Source: a virus
Taxonomy: Duplodnaviria > Caudoviricetes
Reading direction: 5' to 3' (one strand)
Length of the DNA: 62,242 bases
Virus record (IMG/VR): IMGVR_UViG_3300009183_000009
Span: 1 to 62,242 of that record
Below the pieces are notes generated by a model, which searched no databases, was not told where the DNA came from, and worked only from the letters and a program-made list of their open reading frames with translations. Position 1 is the stretch's first letter. The number at the start of each line of letters is the position of its first letter. Below are positions 54,876 to 62,242 of this stretch, in pieces. Position numbers and translations under genes: made by a program.

Positions 54876-55142
54876 ATGGAAACACAGAAGTTCATGGGCA
54901 AAAACCAACTAATAGACCGACTGGCAGCGCAGATCGGTTCTCGGGAGACGGCGCTTGAAGTTCTACAAAAGCGGGGGCACGTAGATGCCAAAGGCAACTT
55001 GACCGTTGAAGGCAAAAAACGCGACGCCATGACCGCCGAAGAGCGTGCACTGGACAGAGCAAAAACTCGCACGGGGAAACCCACATCAGCATTTAAATAT
55101 AGCCCAACAACAAATCGGGCTACTCTGAGAAAGAAGTACTGA
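54876..55142 (+). CDS. Small basic protein between terL and portal
   Basis: GAGG RBS, ATG 54876, 88 aa. Confidence 0.7.
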   Translation: METQKFMGKNQLIDRLAAQIGSRETALEVLQKRGHVDAKGNLTVEGKKRDAMTAEERALDRAKTRTGKPTSAFKYSPTTNRATLRKKY

Positions 55143-55143
55143 C

Positions 55144-57663
55144 ATGGCAACCAACATAGACAAAGCCCTGTACCAGCAACCCCAAGGTATGGAAGAACTG
55201 GCACAAGATGAAGATGCCATTGAGATTGAAATTGTTGATCCTGAAGCGGTCAACATCAGCATTGGTGACTTAGAAATCAGCATGATTCCCAGTGAAGATG
55301 AGGATGACTTCAACGTAAACTTGGCCGAGGACATGGACGAAGGTGCAATGTCTTCACTGGCAGGAGACTTAGCCGGAGACGTTGAGCAAGACAAAGGCGC
55401 ACGCAAAGACTGGGAGAAAGCATATACCGAGGGACTCAAACTCCTCGGCTTGCAGTACGAGGAACGTACTGAACCTTGGAACGGCGCTTGTGGCGTGTTC
55501 CACCCCATGATTACAGAAGCGGTAGTACGTTTCCAGTCAGAGACAATTACAGAACAATTCCCAGCCGCAGGCCCAGTGCGTACAAAAATCTTGGGTAAAG
55601 AGACTCCTGAGAAACAAGAAGCTGCTGTGCGTGTCGAGGCTGACATGAACTACGAGTTGACAGAAGTCATGCGCGAGTTTAGGCCTGAGCATGAGCGTAT
55701 GTTGTGGAGCCTCCCCGCTACTGGTTCAGCGTTCAAGAAGGTTTACTACGACCCAAACATTGGCCGTCAAGTATCTATATTTATACCAGCAGAAGATATT
55801 ATTCTGCCCTACGGAACAACAGACTTAGACACTTGCTACCGCTTGACACACGTCATGCGCAAGACCAAGAACGAGATTATCAAGCTCCAGCAAGCAGGCT
55901 TTTACCGTGACATTGAGTTGCCTGACCCCAGTAAAGAACAAGACAACATCAAGAAAGCCAAAGACAAAGAGACAGGGTTCTCTGACTTAAATGATGAGCG
56001 CTACACCTTGTATGAGTGCCATGTTGACTTGGTGCTGGAAGGTGATGAAGACAAAGACGACGACGGTGAACCTACCGGCGTAATGCAACCATACGTAGTT
56101 ACCCTAATAAAAGGAAGCAATGATGTCCTCGCCATCCGCAGAAACTGGGAACAAGACGATCCCCTCAGACTTAAGCGACAACACTTTGTTCACTACCAAT
56201 ACATCCCGGGTTTTGGAGCTTACGGCTTTGGCCTTTTCCACCTCATTGGAGGATACGCCAAGTCAGCCACCAGTCTCATGCGTCAGCTTGTCGATGCTGG
56301 GACGCTTTCTAACTTACCCGGAGGTCTTAAGACTCGCGGAATGCGCATTAAAGGAGACGACACCCCCATCGCTCCCGGAGAATGGCGAGACGTAGACATT
56401 GCTTCTGGGGCACTGCGTGACAGCATCCTGCCCCTACCCTACAAGGAGCCAAGCATTGTCCTGTCTGGCTTGCTGGACAAGATCGTAGAAGAAGGCCGTC
56501 GCTTTGCCGCAACAGCGGATATGAACGTGTCGGACATGTCCGCACAGGCTCCTGTGGGTACGACACTGGCTCTTTTGGAGCGCCAGCTTAAGGTTATGTC
56601 TGCTGTGCAAGCCCGTCTGCACTACACCTTCAAACAAGAGTTGCGTCTGTTGGCTGCGATCATTCGGGACTACACCGAGCCAGATTACGACTACGACCCC
56701 GTTGATGCTCCTCGCAAGGCCAAGAAAAAAGACTATGACCATGTAGACATCATCCCTGTAAGCGACCCTAACGCGGCAACAATGAGCCAGCGGGTTGTGC
56801 AGTACCAAGCCGTCATTCAAATGGCGCAGATGGCGCCCGATATTTATGACTTGCCGCAGTTGCACCGCAACATGCTCCAAGTTTTGGGTATCAAGGATGC
56901 CGATAAACTTGTTCCCCTACCTGACGACATGAAGCCCAAAGATCCTGTGACTGAAAACATGGGAATCATAAAGAGCGAGCCAGTCAAGGCGTTCTTCTAC
57001 CAAGACCATCAGGCGCATATGCAGGTGCATATGGCTCTTATACAAGACCCAACTATTGCACAGATGCTTGGCCAAAACCCCAAGGCACAGCAGATTTCAG
57101 CCGCACTTATGGCGCACATTGCTGAACACGTTGGTTTTGAATATCGTCGTAAGGTTGAGGAGCAACTGGGTGCAGCGCTGCCGCAACAGGATGAAAACCT
57201 GCCTCCAGAAGCAGAATTTGCATTGTCTACTTTATTGGCGCAAGCATCTCAACAAGTGGTGCAACAAGGCCAAACGCAAGCGGCACAACAGCAAGCTCAG
57301 CAGCAAGCGCAAGATCCCATCTTACAAATGCAGCAAGCCGAGCTTCAATTAAAGCAACAAGAGTTGCAAATGAAGGCTCAAGAGGCACAGGCTAAAAACC
57401 AAATTGCACAACAGGAATTGCAGCTAAAGATGCAGATTGCTGGACAGCAAATGGAATTAGATAAAGCAAAAATGCAATCAAAACTGGAATACGACGGCAC
57501 CAAACTTGGAGCGCAAATTAAGAAAGATCAAGCTGAAATAGAGGCTAACCAACAAAGAGAGGGTATGCGCATGGGTATTGATATGGCCAAGCACAAAGCC
57601 CAAAAAGATTTAGATGCTCGGCAGACAGCACTTGATTATTCAAAGGAGAAACCAATTAAATGA
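55144..57663 (+). CDS. Portal protein with Gln-rich C-terminal barrel
   Basis: HP.I.EA.V.FQ, GSAFKKVYYD, YGFGL.HL, DAGTL.N motifs; position after terL. Confidence 0.9.
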   Translation: MATNIDKALYQQPQGMEELAQDEDAIEIEIVDPEAVNISIGDLEISMIPSEDEDDFNVNLAEDMDEGAMSSLAGDLAGDVEQDKGARKDWEKAYTEGLKLLGLQYEERTEPWNGACGVFHPMITEAVVRFQSETITEQFPAAGPVRTKILGKETPEKQEAAVRVEADMNYELTEVMREFRPEHERMLWSLPATGSAFKKVYYDPNIGRQVSIFIPAEDIILPYGTTDLDTCYRLTHVMRKTKNEIIKLQQAGFYRDIELPDPSKEQDNIKKAKDKETGFSDLNDERYTLYECHVDLVLEGDEDKDDDGEPTGVMQPYVVTLIKGSNDVLAIRRNWEQDDPLRLKRQHFVHYQYIPGFGAYGFGLFHLIGGYAKSATSLMRQLVDAGTLSNLPGGLKTRGMRIKGDDTPIAPGEWRDVDIASGALRDSILPLPYKEPSIVLSGLLDKIVEEGRRFAATADMNVSDMSAQAPVGTTLALLERQLKVMSAVQARLHYTFKQELRLLAAIIRDYTEPDYDYDPVDAPRKAKKKDYDHVDIIPVSDPNAATMSQRVVQYQAVIQMAQMAPDIYDLPQLHRNMLQVLGIKDADKLVPLPDDMKPKDPVTENMGIIKSEPVKAFFYQDHQAHMQVHMALIQDPTIAQMLGQNPKAQQISAALMAHIAEHVGFEYRRKVEEQLGAALPQQDENLPPEAEFALSTLLAQASQQVVQQGQTQAAQQQAQQQAQDPILQMQQAELQLKQQELQMKAQEAQAKNQIAQQELQLKMQIAGQQMELDKAKMQSKLEYDGTKLGAQIKKDQAEIEANQQREGMRMGIDMAKHKAQKDLDARQTALDYSKEKPIK

Positions 57664-57854
57664 TCCAAGACTTCGCACGCGTATTGCGCGAAAAATTACG
57701 CACCGATATGAACAACTACGCAGATGACTGCGCTGGTGGGGCATGTCGCAATTTTGACGAGTACCAAAAACTCTGCGGGATTATTCAGGGTCTAGCCATC
57801 GCAGAGCGCCACTTACTTGACCTTGCAAAGAAAGTAGAAGAAACCAATGAGTGA
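57660..57854 (+). CDS. Small conserved head-module protein
   Basis: Y..LCG.I.GL helix; AGGAG RBS. Confidence 0.75.
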   Translation: MIQDFARVLREKLRTDMNNYADDCAGGACRNFDEYQKLCGIIQGLAIAERHLLDLAKKVEETNE

Positions 57855-58284
57855 ACTTGTTCTAGAACCGGGGCAATACGCCCTGCCTGATGTAATCCAA
57901 CCCGTCGATGCACCCGTGCAAGACGCTACAGACGAAGAAAAAGCCACCATGCTGCCAGAGCCGACAGGCTGGAAGTTGCTGTGTGCCGTGCCCCCAGTCT
58001 CTGAAAAGATTGATGGGACTGCGCTTGATCTTGTACGCGATACAAGCAGTATGCGACAAGAAGAAAGCGCTACCACCGTGTTGTTTGTAATGAAAGTTGG
58101 CCCTGATGCGTATAAAGATCAGACCAAGTTCCCCGCAGGCGCGTGGTGCAAAGAGGGCGATTTTGTCCTTGTTCGTACCTATTCTGGTACGCGGTTCAAA
58201 ATCTTTGGAAAAGAGTTCCGGCTCATCAATGATGACCAAGTGGACGCTGTTGTGCAAGACCCACGCGGGTTAACCCGCGCTTAA
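57847..58284 (+). CDS. groES: GroES-like co-chaperonin
   Basis: P.GW.LL, V..VGPDAY, WC.EGD.V....YSG, E.RLINDD.V.AVV. Confidence 0.88.
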   Translation: MSELVLEPGQYALPDVIQPVDAPVQDATDEEKATMLPEPTGWKLLCAVPPVSEKIDGTALDLVRDTSSMRQEESATTVLFVMKVGPDAYKDQTKFPAGAWCKEGDFVLVRTYSGTRFKIFGKEFRLINDDQVDAVVQDPRGLTRA

Positions 58285-58294
58285 AGGAGTAGAA

Positions 58295-59233
58295 ATGGCA
58301 GAGCAATATAAGTTTCCCGATGAACTTGACGACAACAAAAGTCAAAAGGTTGAGATACTTCAGCCCGAAGATGACGTTGAAATTGAGATTGTTGACGACA
58401 CACCCATACAAGACCGTGGGCGTAGACCGTTAGACAAAGAGGTTGAAGACCCCACGGATGACGAAATTGAGAACTACTCCGATAAGGTTAAGGTACGCAT
58501 TAAAGAGTTAACTCATGCGCGGCACGACGAGCGCAGGGCAAAAGAAACTCTTTACCGTGAAAAACAAGACCTTGAGCGTCTTGCACAGCATATGGTTGAA
58601 GAAAACAACCGTCTCAAACAATATGTAAATAACGGGTCTGAGCAGTATGGGGCTATGGCCAAGACCGCTGCCGAGGCGGAAATGGATAAAGCCCGTCGAG
58701 AGTACAAGGTGGCACAGGAGGCGTTTGACACTGATGCCATCATTGCGGCTCAGGAAGCGTTGTTTGACGCTAAGTCAAAATTACAACAAGCACAAAATTT
58801 TCGTCCACCCCCTTTACAAGTTGAAGAAAGTGCGGTACAACCGCGACAACAACAGACCCAATCTGTTCAACCGGACGAAAAAACCCTGCGCTGGCAGGCA
58901 AAAAACCAGTGGTTCGGTTCTGATGGGTTTGAGGAAGTTTCCAGCTTCGCACTAGGGCTGCATCAAAAATTAGTGTCAAACGGGGTTGACCCCCGCTCTG
59001 ATGAGTACTTCGAGCAAATTGATGCTCGCGTGAAGTCTACGTTCCCCGACATGTTCGGTGGCGTTAGCGAAAAGTCCCGGCGACCTTCTTCAGTGGTTGC
59101 TCCGGCAACACGTTCTACAGGAACAAGGAAGGTTCAATTGACGCCGTCACAAGCTGCGTTAATTAAAAAGTACAACCTTGACCCTAAGAAGTATGTTGCT
59201 GAAGTTTTAAAATTGGAGAACCAAAATGGCTGA
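58295..59233 (+). CDS. Capsid scaffolding protein
   Basis: Acidic N-terminus, long coiled coil, W...N.WFG and V.LT.SQ motifs; between portal and capsid. Confidence 0.7.
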   Translation: MAEQYKFPDELDDNKSQKVEILQPEDDVEIEIVDDTPIQDRGRRPLDKEVEDPTDDEIENYSDKVKVRIKELTHARHDERRAKETLYREKQDLERLAQHMVEENNRLKQYVNNGSEQYGAMAKTAAEAEMDKARREYKVAQEAFDTDAIIAAQEALFDAKSKLQQAQNFRPPPLQVEESAVQPRQQQTQSVQPDEKTLRWQAKNQWFGSDGFEEVSSFALGLHQKLVSNGVDPRSDEYFEQIDARVKSTFPDMFGGVSEKSRRPSSVVAPATRSTGTRKVQLTPSQAALIKKYNLDPKKYVAEVLKLENQNG

Positions 59234-59675
59234 AAATCGCACCCCCCGTGATAATGCATCACGCGAAAAATCAACTCGATACGTGTATAAACCTTCGAGT
59301 GCGCTGCCCGATCCTACCCCTGAACCCGGATGGGAGTTTCGCTACATAGCGACTCATGTCTTGGGACAGTCCATGCCAACCAATGTGTCTAGCAAGATGC
59401 GGGATGGCTGGGAACCGGTGAAAGCAGCAGACCATCCAGAACTGATGCTTGAAGGTAATGACAAAGGTAATGTGGAAATTGGTGGATTGATGCTTTGCAA
59501 AATTCCTACTGAAAAACTCATGGCCATGAAAGAGTATTACGACACACAAGCGCAGAATCAGATGGATTCAGTGGACAACCACTTCATGAGAAATAATGAC
59601 CCGCGTATGCCTCTGTTTGCTGACCGCAAGTCAACAACCAGTCGTGGAAGCGGATTTGGTACAGGTTCAAAATAA
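59226..59675 (+). CDS. Conserved head-module protein
   Basis: LP.P...G..FR....GWEPV....GGL.LCK.P. Confidence 0.75.
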   Translation: MAENRTPRDNASREKSTRYVYKPSSALPDPTPEPGWEFRYIATHVLGQSMPTNVSSKMRDGWEPVKAADHPELMLEGNDKGNVEIGGLMLCKIPTEKLMAMKEYYDTQAQNQMDSVDNHFMRNNDPRMPLFADRKSTTSRGSGFGTGSK

Positions 59676-59686
59676 AGGAGTCTTAA

Positions 59687-60511
59687 ATGGCTTATCCAGT
59701 GGTCTCAGCCCCGTACGGGCTAAAACCAATCAACTTGATTGGTGGTCAGGTATTTGCGGGGTCAACCCGTGAACTACCTATCACCTACGGCTACGCTACA
59801 AACATCTTTTATGGTGATTTTGTAACGTTAGTTCGTGGGAATTTGGAACGCATAAGCGTTACAACAGGTGTTGTTGGCACATTAATGGGGGTTTTCCTCG
59901 GATGTTCGTACACCAACCCTTTAACCGGACAAAAAACCTTCTCGCAATACTGGCCTGCGTCTACGCTTGCTGGTGATGCAGTGGCTATTGTCTGTGATGA
60001 CCCTGATACAGTGTTTAAAGCTGTGATGGTTTCTGGTACTACAGTGGTGACTTCTGGTGCTCGCGCCATGATTGGTCAAAACTTAGCAGCAGTTAACAAC
60101 ACAGGTAGCACTGCAACAGGTAATTCAGCTAACGCTGTTTTGGCAGATACCTCCCTAGCACTTACTGCGGCTTTGCCAATTCGTGTTATTGGGTTGGTTC
60201 CTGACTCTGTAGTGGCACAAGGTACGGGCGTTTACTCCAGTATCAGTACCGCTACCGTTACGCTTGCTTCGGCTCTTACGTTTACGCCAGTGGTTGGCTC
60301 TGACGTTGGTTCCATTGCTGCAAATGGTCAGTACATTGCCAGCGGTTCGTATGTTGCGTCTGTAACAAACTCTACAACGGTTGTGCTGAATCAAGCACCT
60401 CTGGTAGCGTTTGCTTCGGCCTCAACACTTGTCTTTAACCAATATCCAGAAGTACTCGTGAAAATCAATTTTGGTTTGCACAAATACTATGCTGGTACAG
60501 CTGTTGCATAA
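59687..60511 (+). CDS. Capsid cement / decoration protein
   Basis: APYGLKP, IF.GD.V, GVF.GC.YT, DDP motifs; directly upstream of the capsid gene. Confidence 0.65.
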   Translation: MAYPVVSAPYGLKPINLIGGQVFAGSTRELPITYGYATNIFYGDFVTLVRGNLERISVTTGVVGTLMGVFLGCSYTNPLTGQKTFSQYWPASTLAGDAVAIVCDDPDTVFKAVMVSGTTVVTSGARAMIGQNLAAVNNTGSTATGNSANAVLADTSLALTAALPIRVIGLVPDSVVAQGTGVYSSISTATVTLASALTFTPVVGSDVGSIAANGQYIASGSYVASVTNSTTVVLNQAPLVAFASASTLVFNQYPEVLVKINFGLHKYYAGTAVA

Positions 60512-60524
60512 GGAGTAACATAAA

Positions 60525-61436
60525 ATGGCTATTTCACGCGCACAGCTACTTAAAGAGTTGCTCCCCGGACTGAATGCTTTGTTTGGTATGGAGTACTCCC
60601 GCTACGGCGAAGAGCATAAAGAAATCTACGAAACTGAGAAATCAGAGCGTAGCTTTGAAGAAGAGACCAAGCTTGCTGGTTTCTCCGCTGCTCCCGTCAA
60701 GAACGAAGGTTCTGCCATTGCTTATGACAATGCGCAAGAAGCGTTCACAGCACGCTACAACCACGAAACCATTGCCTTGGGTTTCTCAATCACTGAAGAA
60801 GCGATTGAAGATAACTTGTACGACAGCTTGTCTGCTCGTTACACCAAAGCTTTGGCCCGTGCTATGGCATACACTAAGCAAGTCAAGGCAGCTTCTGTTT
60901 TGAATAATGGTTTCTCTGCCGGTTATGTCGGTGGCGATGGCGTTGCTCTATTCAGCACAGCTCACCCCTTGGTTTCTGGTGGCACCAACAGTAATCGCCC
61001 AACTACCAACGCTGACTTGAACGAGACTTCTCTTGAGAACGCCGTCATTCAAATTGCAGCTTGGACAGACGAGCGCGGCCTGTTGATTGCAGCAAAACCC
61101 CGCAAGTTGGTGATTCCTCCTGCTCTGATGTTCGTGGCTACCCGCCTGTTGGAAACCAACCTCCGTGTTGGCACTACCGACAACGACATCAACGCGTTGA
61201 AGAACAACGGCTCAATCCCTGAAGGCTACACTGTCAATCACTTCTTGACAGATGCCAACGGCTGGTTCTTGATGACCGATGTTCCCAACGGCTTGAAGCA
61301 TTTCGAGCGTATGCCTTTGGAGAATAAAATGGATGGTGACTTCGATACTGGTAACGTACGTTACAAGGCTCGTGAGCGTTATTCATTCGGCTGGTCTGAC
61401 CCATTGGGAGCTTTTGGTTCCCCCGGTACGACCTAA
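60525..61436 (+). CDS. Major capsid protein (Mu gpT-like, HK97 fold)
   Basis: S.R.FEE, K.EG..I.YD, F.IT.EA.EDN, DG..LFS.AHP, P.KL..PP.L, RERYSFG motifs. Confidence 0.9.
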   Translation: MAISRAQLLKELLPGLNALFGMEYSRYGEEHKEIYETEKSERSFEEETKLAGFSAAPVKNEGSAIAYDNAQEAFTARYNHETIALGFSITEEAIEDNLYDSLSARYTKALARAMAYTKQVKAASVLNNGFSAGYVGGDGVALFSTAHPLVSGGTNSNRPTTNADLNETSLENAVIQIAAWTDERGLLIAAKPRKLVIPPALMFVATRLLETNLRVGTTDNDINALKNNGSIPEGYTVNHFLTDANGWFLMTDVPNGLKHFERMPLENKMDGDFDTGNVRYKARERYSFGWSDPLGAFGSPGTT

Positions 61437-61443
61437 TAAGTTA

Positions 61444-61470
61444 AGGGGGCCTTGTGCCCCCTTTTCTTTT
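61444..61470 (+). terminator. Intrinsic terminator after the capsid gene, overlapping a possible promoter
   Basis: GGGGGC/GCCCCC stem plus TTTTCTTTT; TTGTGC(61452)-17-TATATT(61475). Confidence 0.8.
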
Positions 61471-61489
61471 GGTGTATATTGAACACATT

Positions 61490-61560
61490 CCGAGAATCAT
61501 CGGCGTATCAAACAGGCTCGGCTGACCTCATGCAGATTGATACGCTATAACGCATGGAGA
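61490..61560 (+). ncRNA. Double-pseudoknot RNA downstream of the gpT-like capsid gene (probably the Mu-gpT-DE motif)
   Basis: Interleaved helices 61490-94/61517-21, 61503-11/61537-45 and 61529-33/61552-56; location fits the described motif, identity not searched. Confidence 0.6.
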
Positions 61561-61567
61561 ATTAAAC

Positions 61568-62101
61568 ATGGGATTCGCAACTCACCTTGGCCCTTGGTTG
61601 TTGGGCACTGTTAAAAACACAACTGGCACTACCGCTGGTACTATCCAAAACACCGGCGCTACTAGCGTTACCCAAACCAAAAAAGTTAATTACGCTGGCG
61701 TTGTTTACACTGCCGATACAACAACCACCCTGTTCACTATTCCTGCTGGCGCTCAAATTACCAGCATTCATATTGACACGTTGGTGGCGTTTACTGGTTC
61801 TACTGCCGCAAATATGTCTTTAGGTATTACAGGCTCAACAGCTTTGTACTTTGCTTCTACAGACATTACAACCCAAGGTCGTTTAGCCAATACTGGCGCA
61901 GCGGCTAAATTGGGCAACTGGGCTGGAGCAGCTACTACAGCTTCTCCTAACGGTGCTGGCGTTGGTACAACTGATGTAACAATTATTGCTACTGTACGTC
62001 CTACTGTTGCTGACGTTACCGCAGGGACTGTGCAATACACCATTGTGTACTCTGTAGCAAATTCAGACGGTACTCAGTCTCCTGCTCCTTCTCAACAATA
62101 A
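61568..62101 (+). CDS. Minor capsid / head decoration protein
   Basis: THLGP...GT start, IPAGAQI..I jelly-roll pattern; GGAG RBS. Confidence 0.7.
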   Translation: MGFATHLGPWLLGTVKNTTGTTAGTIQNTGATSVTQTKKVNYAGVVYTADTTTTLFTIPAGAQITSIHIDTLVAFTGSTAANMSLGITGSTALYFASTDITTQGRLANTGAAAKLGNWAGAATTASPNGAGVGTTDVTIIATVRPTVADVTAGTVQYTIVYSVANSDGTQSPAPSQQ

Positions 62102-62109
62102 TTAATCAC

Positions 62110-62125
62110 GGGGGCTTCGGCCCCC
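62110..62125 (+). other. GC hairpin with UUCG tetraloop (no U tract)
   Basis: GGGGGC-TTCG-GCCCCC between a stop codon and the next RBS. Confidence 0.6.
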
Positions 62126-62242
62126 TCATAACAGGAGATTAATTATGCAACAGACAGACGTAAAGGCGGCTCACTTAACTGCCGCTGGATCTTTTATATT
62201 GGGACGCACACGCCTCAAAGGTATTGTGGTCAGCCCTAAAGC
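62120..62242. repeat. Terminal direct repeat (circular assembly overlap), right copy
   Basis: Identical to 1-123. Confidence 0.97.

Noticed and set aside
62120-62242. 123-bp terminal repeat as a biological DTR
   Set aside because: It truncates a CDS in the middle of the late operon, which fits assembler overlap of a circular contig.
1-62242. Stop-codon reassignment, tRNA genes or an integrase
   Set aside because: Standard-code ORFs tile the genome densely with all three stops in use; no cloverleaf or recombinase motifs were seen by eye, though a tRNAscan/HMM run would be needed to exclude them.

Overview
The window is one complete, circularised tailed-phage (Caudoviricetes) genome of about 62,119 bp. 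Bases 1-123 are repeated exactly at 62120-62242 and cut through a CDS, so this is assembly overlap. There are two divergent arms. The + strand arm (52768 through the junction to 30875) is a podovirus-like morphogenesis and lysis region: terminases, portal, GroES-like co-chaperonin, scaffold, Mu gpT-like capsid, adaptors, fibres, holins, Rz/Rz1 spanins, M15 endolysin, nozzle and four internal/ejection proteins, including a 3144-aa polyvalent protein. The - strand arm (52331 down to 30745) holds small early genes, a MoxR-type AAA/vWA-peptidase module and a replication module (PolA with Leu762, Cas4-like nuclease, HNH, SNF2 helicase, SSB, primase-DUF927 helicase). Spanins imply a Gram-negative host; an aquatic proteobacterial host is my inference. 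I saw no integrase, tRNA, RNA polymerase, RNR or CRISPR array. The most notable signals are: a recurrent [MFYL]-[AK]-x-G-G motif shared by small basic proteins and ejection proteins, an S74 auto-cleaving domain inside an ejection protein, a kissing-loop RNA upstream of the polymerase operon, a double-pseudoknot RNA after the capsid gene, a 280-bp nested inverted repeat around an AT core, and two families of palindromic operators. All product calls come from motif recognition by eye; no searches were run.
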